A model generated the notes under the pieces. It was not told where the DNA came from, made no database searches, and saw only the letters and a program-made list of their open reading frames with translations. From the NCBI GenBank assembly GCA_022648325.1, contig JALCMG010000002.1, positions 220,449 through 244,448 on the forward strand: 24,000 nt of DNA, read 5' to 3'. This DNA is from Olsenella sp. (GTDB taxonomy: Bacteria > Actinomycetota > Coriobacteriia > Coriobacteriales > Atopobiaceae). Shown one piece after another: positions 16,576 to 23,640 of the stretch (within the stretch, counting starts at the first letter, position 1; each line of letters begins with the position of its first letter). The position numbers and the translations under genes are program-made.

Positions 16576-16860
16576 AGTGTGACCTCCATCTGTTGGAAGC
16601 TGAACGATGTGGTACTTCGACAATCATACCCGATGTGAGAACCTTCACACCCTAGAAGGGCTGCAAGAACTCAGATTCCCAAAGCCCTTACAAGATCTGC
16701 CGGCCAAGGGCGGGCTGGCGAGAAGTGCGGAGCCTTGTTGGTTGGCAAGAGGCTTGTCACTTCTTCGTGAGGACGGGCGCGACGTGTTGGTCGCAGCCTA
16801 TACTCGGGTATCCCAAAAGGTGTGGCCGCGCGGGAGACGCGACCGAAGGAGGGATGTGTC

Positions 16861-17925
16861 TTGGCGCAGGAATCCAAGGCGTACGGCAACAATCAAGGCG
16901 ACGAGAAGGACGAGCGTGTGGGAGGCGTGTTTGGTGACCTCTCGTTTGCCCAGATACTCGCCAGCGCGCTTGCCGCAGGCGTGTCGTTCTCGCTCTCGTC
17001 GCAGATAGGCGTGGCGGGCTCGCTCATCGGGGCCATCGTTGGCGCGGCGGCGGCAACCGTGTCGTCCTCGGTCCTCAACAACCTCTTCTCGAAGTCCGCC
17101 GAGGCGATCAAGGGTGCCGTTGGCCCAGATGACGCCAGCGCCTCGGACGCCGAGAAGCGCTCGGTGGCCGCCCCCACCGGGCAGACGGCGCTTACGCCCC
17201 ACCCGGTTGACGCGGACAAAACCGTGGCCGCCGAGGGCTCGGCAACCGCAATGCAGAGCATGGCACCCTCTCCCGCCGAGAACACCGAGGCCAAGTTTGC
17301 GCCCTCCGGCACGCGCATCGCACCTGCAAGCCTCCGCCGCGCCGCGCGCGAGCGCCAGCGCCGCGACACCAAGAAGCGCCTCGTGATAGCTTCCATCGTG
17401 GCAGGCATCGTAGCCGTGCTTGTCTCGGCGGTTCTTGTCTACGCGCTCACCGAGGGCAGGGGCATTGGCACCACGCCCGGTCGCACGCAGGAGACCACCA
17501 CGGAAGAGACGCAGACAACTCAGACCAACACCGAGAAGCCCCAGGAAACGGCCAAGTCCGATAAGTCCACCGAGTCCGAGTCTACCGAAAACAAGGACTC
17601 CAACTCTGGCACCACGAGCGGCAGCACGGACTCAACCACCAACGACTCTGGAACGCCCTCGAACTCCGGCAGCTCTAGCTCCAACAGCAACTCCGGCTCC
17701 AGCACGAACGGCAGCTCAAACACTGACAACAACTCTGGCTCTGGCTCGAGCAGCACCTCGACGGGAGACTCGTCAAACTCCGGAACTGGCAGCTCGAGCT
17801 CCAATACCAGCTCCGACAGCTCGCCCAACAGTTCCAACACCAGTAGCTCGAGCACCGACAAAGGCACCTCTACCTCGGGCTCTGGCAACTCCAAGAGCAC
17901 GACGAGCAGCACGAGCGGCAAGTAG
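16861..17925 (+). CDS. Hypothetical membrane protein with Gly/Ala/Ser-rich hydrophobic N-region, one clear TM helix and about 150-aa Ser/Thr/Asn/Gly-rich C-terminal tail
   Basis: Long ORF with consistent GC3 bias. A TTG at 16861 is preceded by AAGGAGGG at a 7-nt spacing, which is much better than the GTG at 16822. The TM helix is LVIASIVAGIVAVLVSAVLVYAL, and the tail is TTSGSTDSTTNDSGTPSNSGSSSSNSNSGSS.... I recognise no family. Confidence 0.6.
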   Translation: MAQESKAYGNNQGDEKDERVGGVFGDLSFAQILASALAAGVSFSLSSQIGVAGSLIGAIVGAAAATVSSSVLNNLFSKSAEAIKGAVGPDDASASDAEKRSVAAPTGQTALTPHPVDADKTVAAEGSATAMQSMAPSPAENTEAKFAPSGTRIAPASLRRAARERQRRDTKKRLVIASIVAGIVAVLVSAVLVYALTEGRGIGTTPGRTQETTTEETQTTQTNTEKPQETAKSDKSTESESTENKDSNSGTTSGSTDSTTNDSGTPSNSGSSSSNSNSGSSTNGSSNTDNNSGSGSSSTSTGDSSNSGTGSSSSNTSSDSSPNSSNTSSSSTDKGTSTSGSGNSKSTTSSTSGK

Positions 17926-17967
17926 CCGGGCCGCGGCAGCCGGCGAGAACAGAACCAGACACCAGAA

Positions 17968-18007
17968 GAGGTGCTCCGCTCCCCTACCCAAGGAGCGTGA
18001 GCACCTC
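17968..18007. terminator. Long hairpin between convergent genes (bidirectional terminator candidate), overlapping the last codons of the ABC ATPase gene
   Basis: GAGGTGCTCCGCTCC (17968-17982), a 9-nt loop, then GGAGCGTGAGCACCTC (17992-18007), giving about 15 bp with one bulged T. On the minus strand it is followed by a T-rich run (TTCTGGTGTCTGGTTCTGTTCT). Confidence 0.5.
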
Positions 18008-18793
18008 TCGCTTTGCGACAAGGAACCCCTGGGTGAGGGCGAAGTCACCCTCGCCCGCGGCGCTGTGGTCTACGTGAACCTCGCCTGCGATGTGGCTGGG
18101 CACGCCCCCGGAGGGGCGGCCCGCCAGCACATAGACGCGGCCCGCCATAGAGACCGCCTCGTCCACGTCGTGCGTAATCACGAGGGCCGAGAGTCCTAGC
18201 TCGCGAGCCATGCCACAGAACCAGCGACGCACCTCCACGCGCGTGATCGCGTCGAGCGCCGAGAAGGGCTCGTCGAGCAGCGTGACGTCGGCCCCCATGA
18301 GGTAGGTGCGCATGAACGCGGCGCGCTGCCGCATGCCGCCGGATAGCTCGGCCGGCCACTTCTCCTCCGTGCCCGCAAGGCCAAAGCGCTCGAAGAGCGG
18401 CTCGGCCTTGGCACGGGCCTCCGCGCGGGGTACGCCCACCAGAAGCAGCGGCAGGCACACGTTGTCGATGATGCGACGGCTGGGCAGGAGCAGGTCCTTC
18501 TGAAGCATGTAGCTCACGTGGCCGGGCGTGCCCGTGATGTCCTCGCCGTGGAGGAGCACCTGACCGGAGAGCGGCCGCGTGAGGCCCGAAAGCGCGTGCA
18601 GGATGGTTGTCTTGCCGCAGCCGGAGCGACCCACCAGACACACGACCTCGCCTGCCGCGACGGTGAGCGAAATACGGTCGACGACGGTCGTCTTTCCGTC
18701 CCACGAGAGCGTGAGCGAGCGGGCCTCGAGCGCCGGCTCGTCGCCGGTGCCCGAGGCAGTTCCCTTCTCGGCAGATGTAACGCCTGCGCGCAC
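17984..18793 (-). CDS. thiZ: ABC transporter ATP-binding protein (NitT/TauT-type; ThiZ-like)
   Basis: Walker A GRSGCGKTT, signature LSGGMRQR and Walker B VTLLDEPFSALD. It is the last gene of the TPP-riboswitch operon. The GTG start directly follows the upstream TAA; the exact start is uncertain. Confidence 0.8.
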   Translation of the reverse strand: MRAGVTSAEKGTASGTGDEPALEARSLTLSWDGKTTVVDRISLTVAAGEVVCLVGRSGCGKTTILHALSGLTRPLSGQVLLHGEDITGTPGHVSYMLQKDLLLPSRRIIDNVCLPLLLVGVPRAEARAKAEPLFERFGLAGTEEKWPAELSGGMRQRAAFMRTYLMGADVTLLDEPFSALDAITRVEVRRWFCGMARELGLSALVITHDVDEAVSMAGRVYVLAGRPSGGVPSHIAGEVHVDHSAAGEGDFALTQGFLVAKREVLTLLG

Positions 18794-19870
18794 TTACGCC
18801 TCCAGGTACGAGAGGTCGTAGCCCTTGTTCACGTCGAGCTTGTTCTCGACCAGGTTCTGGTCGTTGAGCCACTGGTAGAACTTGGACCAGCGGTTGGCGT
18901 CGATGACACCCCAGGACGAGGCGTCGGCCACGTACTGGTCCTTGAGGTAGTCCTGGCTTGCGTGGACGAGGTCGGAGTCAAGCTCGGGCACGGCGTCGCA
19001 GAGGATGTCGGCAGCGTCGCTGGGGTTCTCGACGCAGAACCCATAGCCCTTCTTGGCGGCGCGCAGGAAGGACTTGACCTGGTCGGGGTTGGCCTTGGCA
19101 AAGTCGTCGTTGGCGGCGATGACCGGCGTGTAGTAGTCAAAGACGTCGTCAATCGAGATGAACGAGAAGTAGTTCACGTCGTAGTTCTGGACCTTGGCGT
19201 TCTGTACTGCCCAGCCCTCGTAGACCCACACGGTGTCGAACATGTTGGCCTTGAGGCCCGAGACCTCGTCGTCCACGTTGTAGGGCACCAGGCTGATCTT
19301 GGAGTAGTCGCCGCCGTCGGCCTCGACCACGTCCTTGATGGTGGCCTGCTCGACGGGCTGGTCCCAGGTGGCGTAGGCGTGGTTCTCCATGAGCTTGGGG
19401 CGCGTGATGCCATCGGCCGCGCGGCTCATGATGCCGGAGGTGTTGTGCTGGATGATGGCGGCCACGGCGGTGTAGGGCATGGGCTGGTCGGACGAGAAGC
19501 TGTTGGCCATAACGTCCTGGTACGAGACGCCCATCTGGGCACCGCCCGCGCCGATGAGCGCGTCCGCGCCGTCCTCGGGCGGCTGGACGATCTCGACGTC
19601 CAGGCCCTCGTCGGCGAAGTAGCCCTTGGCCTGGGCCACGTAGATGCCGGTGTGGTTGGTGTTGGGGGTGTAGTCAAGCACGAAGGAGATCTTCGCGAGG
19701 TCACTCGAGGAGCTCAAGCTGGACGAGCCGCTCGACGAGGAGGCGTCGGACGAGCCAGACTGGGCCGACTGGCCGCAGCCGGCGAGCGCCAGTGCGGCGG
19801 AGGCGGCGACGGAGCCACGGAGGAACGAGCGGCGAGAGACGCCGCCAGCAAGCGGAGACATGAAAGCCAT
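18794..19870 (-). CDS. thiY: NMT1/THI5-like ABC substrate-binding lipoprotein (ThiY-like, pyrimidine/HMP-precursor binding)
   Basis: The ATG at 19870 gives MAFMSPLAGGVSRRSFLRGSVAASAALALAGCGQ, a Tat-like RR motif plus a lipobox. This is followed by ISFVLDYTPNTNHTGIYVAQAKGYFADEGLDVEIV, typical of the NMT1/ThiY family. The upstream part of ORF 18794..20053 overlaps the permease gene. Confidence 0.8.
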   Translation of the reverse strand: MAFMSPLAGGVSRRSFLRGSVAASAALALAGCGQSAQSGSSDASSSSGSSSLSSSSDLAKISFVLDYTPNTNHTGIYVAQAKGYFADEGLDVEIVQPPEDGADALIGAGGAQMGVSYQDVMANSFSSDQPMPYTAVAAIIQHNTSGIMSRAADGITRPKLMENHAYATWDQPVEQATIKDVVEADGGDYSKISLVPYNVDDEVSGLKANMFDTVWVYEGWAVQNAKVQNYDVNYFSFISIDDVFDYYTPVIAANDDFAKANPDQVKSFLRAAKKGYGFCVENPSDAADILCDAVPELDSDLVHASQDYLKDQYVADASSWGVIDANRWSKFYQWLNDQNLVENKLDVNKGYDLSYLEA

Positions 19871-20703
19871 TATCGTTTGTTCCCTTCTGCCCTCTTCCAG
19901 GGCATGCACACGCGCTGCAGCAGGTCGACGAGCTTCATGAGACCAAGTGACAGCGCAGAGATGACAATGATGACCGCGAACATGCGGTCGTACGAGAAGG
20001 ACTTGCGCACGCGCGTCATGTAGACGCCCAGCCCGGAGTTGCCGCCGAGCCACTCGGCAATCACCGCGCCAACGATGGCGTAGGTCGCGCTGATGCGCAG
20101 GCCGCTGAAGAACTGGTCGGCCGCAGCGGGCAGCTTGGCGTAGCGAAAGATCTGCCAGCGCGAGGCGTTCATGGTGCGCATGAGGTCGATGACGTCGGGG
20201 TCAACCGAGCGGAACCCCGAGATCAGCGACACCGTGATGGGGAAGAACGTGGTGATCACGATGAGGATCACCTTGGGCGCCAGGCCGTAGCCAAACCACA
20301 GCACCAGAAGGGGTGCGATGGCAATGGTGGGGATGGTCTGCGAGATGGTCACGAGCGGCTGGAGGGCCAGGTAGAAGCCCTCGAAGCGGTCCATGAGCAC
20401 CGCGATGGCAAAGCCGAGGGCAACTCCGATGAGAAGGCCGATGGCCGTCTCGACGAGGGTGGTTGCCGCGTGGCCCACGATGAGCGAGATGTCGTCCACG
20501 AGCGCCTCGACCACCTGGATGGGCGTGGGGAGCAGGAAGTTTGGGATTATCCCCAGGTCAACGACGAGCTCCCACACCACGAGGAGCCCCACCACCGTGA
20601 AGAGCGGCGTGAGAACGCGGCGCGTGCGGGACGCCCCGGCGCGCGAGGCGGCCGCCGTCTGCGAGGCGGAGGCACTGCTCGGCCTGTGCTGCTGGCGCGA
20701 CAC
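19870..20703 (-). CDS. thiX: ABC transporter permease (NitT/TauT-type; ThiX-like)
   Basis: Six-TM BPD-type permease with an EAA-like loop (DLMRTMNASRWQIFRYAKLPAA). Its TAA overlaps the thiY ATG by 1 nt (ATAATG). GTG start at 20703; the exact start is uncertain. Confidence 0.8.
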   Translation of the reverse strand: MSRQQHRPSSASASQTAAASRAGASRTRRVLTPLFTVVGLLVVWELVVDLGIIPNFLLPTPIQVVEALVDDISLIVGHAATTLVETAIGLLIGVALGFAIAVLMDRFEGFYLALQPLVTISQTIPTIAIAPLLVLWFGYGLAPKVILIVITTFFPITVSLISGFRSVDPDVIDLMRTMNASRWQIFRYAKLPAAADQFFSGLRISATYAIVGAVIAEWLGGNSGLGVYMTRVRKSFSYDRMFAVIIVISALSLGLMKLVDLLQRVCMPWKRAEGNKR

Positions 20704-20706
20704 CGG

Positions 20707-21045
20707 CTATGCGACCCCCTCGGCCTTCTGGGAGAACTCGGAGTCCGTGGGGTGATACTTGCCCACCTTGTGCTCGGTGGTCATCACGTCGCCGTCGGGG
20801 CGGTAGTCGATCTTCACGTAGGTGGCCATCTTCTTGCAGCCCGCCTTGGTGCCAACGAGCTGGCAGTTCTTAACAATCTCCATGCAGGTGTCGTAGTCGC
20901 CCTCGATGGCAGTCTCGAATGGGCCAACAAAGTAGTCGACGCCCGTCGAGTCGATGTAGGCGATCACCGCGTCGACCACGCGGCAGACCTCCTCGTCGGT
21001 CTGGGCGTCCATGGGCAGGAACTGAATCGCGACGGAACAGTCCAT
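20707..21045 (-). CDS. MTH1187/YkoF-family thiamine-binding protein (single ACT-like domain)
   Basis: The ATG at 21045 (GGGAGGG upstream) gives MDCSVAIQFLPMDAQTDEEVCRVVDAVIAYIDSTGVDYFVGPFETAIEGDYDTCMEIV, the conserved pattern of the thiamine-binding-protein/DUF77 family. It is the first gene after the TPP riboswitch. Confidence 0.75.
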   Translation of the reverse strand: MDCSVAIQFLPMDAQTDEEVCRVVDAVIAYIDSTGVDYFVGPFETAIEGDYDTCMEIVKNCQLVGTKAGCKKMATYVKIDYRPDGDVMTTEHKVGKYHPTDSEFSQKAEGVA

Positions 21046-21059
21046 GCACCCTCCCTTCC

Positions 21060-21207
21060 GGGTGCCAAAAAGAGGCACCCACGTCTTCCGTAGGTGCCCG
21101 AACTGTGCGCTCTGGTTCCTACGCCGGCATTATCCGGACAGGTTCTATGGGTCGCGGCAATGGTGCCGCCTCTCAGCCAGGCCGTTGTCCTAGCTCCCCT
21201 TTGCGTG
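21060..21207 (-). promoter_or_regulatory. TPP (THI-box) riboswitch with expression platform
   Basis: The minus strand reads cacgcaaaGGGGAGCtaggacaacggcctgGCTGAGAggcggcaccattgccgcgACCCatagAACCTGtCCGGATAATGCCGGCGtAGGAAcc. This matches the THI-box consensus (GGGGUGC...CUGAGA...ACCC...AACCUGAUC.GGNUAAUNCC.GCG.AGGGA). Downstream, GGCACC (21098-21093), GGGTGCC (21080-21074) and GGCACCC (21066-21060) can form mutually exclusive hairpins just before the SD GGAAGGGAGGG. A TATACT -10-like hexamer sits at 21217-21212. Confidence 0.85.
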
Positions 21208-21303
21208 CCCTAGTATAGCGCGCCGCGGGATTTAGTTGCCGGGCAGCGGGATTCACCGGGACCCCCTTCACCGGCAACTTTATTTCATTTGGGCGAGCAA
21301 ATT

Positions 21304-21372
21304 GATACACATTCGTACTTCGAATGTGTATCGACCTGGGCGGGTCACAGATTCGTGCACGAATGTGTATCG
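21304..21372. repeat. Operator-like palindromes sharing the half-site CGAATGTGTATCG
   Basis: There is a perfect 12-bp inverted repeat, GATACACATTCG (21304-21315) - 5 nt - CGAATGTGTATC (21321-21332), and a 14-bp palindrome ATTCGTGCACGAAT (21351-21364). The 13-mer CGAATGTGTATCG occurs twice in direct orientation (21321-21333 and 21360-21372). Confidence 0.7.
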
Positions 21373-21573
21373 GGGCAACGCCTCGAGCGAAATCTTCCGC
21401 AACTGGAATCCGCCACTTCCCCCAACGGGAATATTGCCCCTCGAATTCCTGACATATGTCGAAATAAGCTTTACTCCACCTGCTGCTAGTACTAGTCTCA
21501 TTGATGGCATATGTCAGCAATAGTGCGGGCCCGGCGCGCATGCTGCGGCCAAGTCAACGAGAGGGGCCTTCCT

Positions 21574-22299
21574 TTGGCGGGACGGCGAGAAAAGCCACGG
21601 TGCGTGGGGATTGTTCCTGAATATGTCTCGTTTTCCCCCGAGGGAGTCGGCGCTCCCGAGGAGAGAGCCGTACGCCTCGCGCTCGACGAGCTCGAAACGA
21701 TTCGCCTCATCGACCTCGAAGGCATGGACCAGCAGCAGGCCGCAGAGCACATGGGCATTGCCAGGGCAACGGTCGCGGCGGTGTACGCGCGCGCACGGCA
21801 CGCTATCGCGGACGCCCTGGTAAACGGGAAGGGCATTTGCATTGAGGGCGGGAGCGCCACGCTGGCCCCGTCGGCGACACATGGAAGTCCATGGCCGCCC
21901 AAGCAGAAGGAGGACACGATGAGAATCGCAGTGACGTATGAGAACGGCAACGTTTTCCCTCACTTTGGAAGGACCGAGAGTTTCAAGCTGTACGATGCAG
22001 AAGGCGGCAAAGTGATTGCATCCGAAGTCGTAGGGGCAAACGGCATGAGCCACGGGGCGCTCGCCGGGCTTCTCGCGGAGAATGGCGTTAACGTGCTTAT
22101 CTGCGGCGGACTTGGCGGGGGCGCGCTGGCGGCCCTCCAGCAGGCCGGCATCTCCGTGTATGGTGGAGCACAGGGGTCGGTCGACGACGCAGTAGCCGCA
22201 TTTCTTGCGGGCTCCCTGCAGCAGACGGCCGAGGCAAGCTGCCACGACCACGACCGCAGTCACGAAGGCGGATGCGGACATCACGGCTGCGGGTGCTAG
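21574..22299 (+). CDS. DUF134 (UPF0251, sigma-70 region-4-like HTH) fused in frame to a NifX/NifB-C-like (dinitrogenase FeMo-cofactor-binding family) domain with Cys/His-rich tail
   Basis: The N-terminal part GRREKPRCVGIVPEYVSFSPEG...VRLALDELETIRLIDLEGMDQQQAAEHMGIARATVAAVYARARHAIADALVNGKGICIEGG is the DUF134 pattern. The C-terminal part MRIAVTYENGNVFPHFGRTESFKLYD...NVLICGGLGGGALAALQQAGISVY is the NifX-like pattern. The tail is CHDHDRSHEGGCGHHGCGC. The start is either the TTG at 21574 (GAGAGGGG upstream, and it mimics the usual M-x-R-x-R-K-x-R N-terminus) or the ATG at 21511. Confidence 0.75.
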   Translation: MAGRREKPRCVGIVPEYVSFSPEGVGAPEERAVRLALDELETIRLIDLEGMDQQQAAEHMGIARATVAAVYARARHAIADALVNGKGICIEGGSATLAPSATHGSPWPPKQKEDTMRIAVTYENGNVFPHFGRTESFKLYDAEGGKVIASEVVGANGMSHGALAGLLAENGVNVLICGGLGGGALAALQQAGISVYGGAQGSVDDAVAAFLAGSLQQTAEASCHDHDRSHEGGCGHHGCGC

Positions 22300-22333
22300 G
22301 CAGGCAGGTTACACTAATAGGGGTTGATGCCGC

Positions 22334-22669
22334 ATGGGTGGAAACGTAATTATCGGCTGTGCTTCCTCGGCGATCATCGGCGGGCTCATTCTTGCGATGG
22401 CCCTCTGGCAGATACGCACCGGGAACGTGCGCTGGCTGCACGGCTATCACTACGTCAACGTGCCCCGCGTCAAACGGGCGGCGCTTGCTCGCGAGAGCGG
22501 ACGTTGGATGGCAGTGGTGGGTGTTTGCGTGGTGCTTCTCGGGCTCTCGCTTCTGCTGCCCAGAGCGGCGGCGGATGTTGCTGGTGTCGCCCTGGGAGTC
22601 GCGGTGCTCGGGGCCATCTTCATGGCCTGTCGCGTCATCGTCAAGTACAACGGATCGCTCTTTGGCTGA
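22334..22669 (+). CDS. Small hypothetical membrane protein (3 predicted TM helices)
   Basis: 111-aa ORF located 35 nt downstream of the DUF134-NifX gene, with GC3 bias. Hydrophobic segments are VIIGCASSAIIGGLILAMALW, WMAVVGVCVVLLGLSLLL and VAGVALGVAVLGAIFMACRVIV. I recognise no family. Confidence 0.55.
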   Translation: MGGNVIIGCASSAIIGGLILAMALWQIRTGNVRWLHGYHYVNVPRVKRAALARESGRWMAVVGVCVVLLGLSLLLPRAAADVAGVALGVAVLGAIFMACRVIVKYNGSLFG

Positions 22670-23086
22670 TGCCGCGGCCTCTTGGGACGTGCGTTTTGTT
22701 ATGGCAGCGGTTGCGAGACCCCCCGGCAGCCTTGAAATGAGAGCTCGACGAGCCTCGTCCAACGCCTCCGCGCAACGCGATTCCTCCAAATTACGTGCAA
22801 AAGTCGAGATATGTGGGTTATTTTCTAGCCGCGAGGGGCACCTCGGGTCTCCGTGGCTCGCGCGAGCGAGAGTATAACTGCGTTTTCCCTGTTGGCAATC
22901 AGCTCGGCACATCACGCACGCGCCGGAACCCCCACTAATGGGCCTCGGGACGGAAACCGACTACTACAAAAGTCCCATTCCGCACGTAATATAGCGAATG
23001 GTGGATGCGCAAATACCGTCAGCACCCTTGAAAGACCTGACGCAAGCATCCCATACCCCAAGTTGGAACCAGCAGGAGGCCCTCAC

Positions 23087-23563
23087 ATGGCTGAAGTCAC
23101 ATACCGGTTCGCGCGGGAGGACGACTGCGCCCTCATCCTGCGATTCATTCGGGAGCTCGCGGACTACGAGAAGATGGTCGACCAGGTGATTGCCACCGAA
23201 GACCTTCTGCGCGAATGAATCTTCGAGAAAGGCAAGGCAGAGGTGCTCTTTGTGCGCGAGGACGACCTAGAGGTGGGCTTTGCGCTCTTCTTCCACAACT
23301 TCTCGACCTTCCTTGGGCGCGCCGGCATCTACCTGAAGGATCTCTACGTCATGCCAAAATACCGTGGGCGCGGCTACGGCAAAGGACTCTTCCAACAGCT
23401 AGCGCGCATTGCCGTCGAGCGCGGCTGCGGACGGCTCGAGTGGTGGTGTCTCGATTGGAGCAAGCCCGGCATCGGCTTTTACCTCTCGCTTGGCGCCGAG
23501 CCCATGAAGGACTGGACGGTCTATCGCATTGCTGGCGACACGCTCACGAAGCTCGCACAGTAA
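23087..23563 (+). pseudogene. GNAT family N-acetyltransferase (diamine/spermidine acetyltransferase-like) interrupted by an in-frame TGA at 23216-23218
   Basis: The ATG at 23087 has AGGAGG 7 nt upstream. ORFs 22853..23218 and 23243..23563 are in the same frame. The joined product reads MAEVTYRFAREDDCALILRFIRELADYEKMVDQVIATEDLLRE*IFEKGKAEVLFVREDDLEVGFALFFHNFSTFLGRAGIYLKDLYVMPKYRGRGYGKGLFQQLA...GCGRLEWWCLDWSKPGIGFYLSLGA, a complete SSAT-like GNAT fold including the R-G-x-G-x-G acetyl-CoA loop. Confidence 0.75.
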
Positions 23564-23640
23564 ACAATAGGGGCATGAAGCCGCTTCCCCGTCTAATGAT
23601 ACCTTTTTGACGAGGTAAACCGCATCATCGGAGGCTCGCC

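Noticed and set aside
15952-16638. 228-aa plus-strand ORF opposite fba
   Set aside because: It lies antisense to a clear class II aldolase gene, and its Gly/Leu/Val/Ala-rich product has no motifs.
17470-17925. Tandem DNA repeat/VNTR in the Ser/Thr-rich tail
   Set aside because: Short words recur (ggcagctc, aactccggc, agcagc), but I could not find a constant repeat unit or period. It is compositional low complexity rather than a true tandem array.
18518-20023. 501-aa plus-strand ORF and other overlapping frames across the thi ABC operon
   Set aside because: It lies antisense to three well-supported ABC genes. The product is a low-complexity Val/Gly/Asp/Arg-rich sequence, a shadow of GC3-biased coding on the opposite strand.
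21304-21372. CRISPR array or mobile-element terminal repeats
   Set aside because: There are only two copies of a 13-nt unit, arranged as palindromes, with no regular repeat-spacer periodicity. No cas or transposase genes are present anywhere in the window.
21173-21541. 122-aa minus-strand ORF and other short ORFs across the 21.2-21.5 kb spacer
   Set aside because: The ORF runs through the TPP riboswitch promoter and the palindrome-rich AT-richer spacer. It has no SD and no GC3 bias, so the region is more plausibly regulatory DNA.
22097-22915. 272-aa minus-strand ORF overlapping the NifX-like domain and the small membrane protein gene
   Set aside because: The product is Arg/Pro/Ser-rich and low complexity with no SD. 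It overlaps two plus-strand genes that have better coding signatures.
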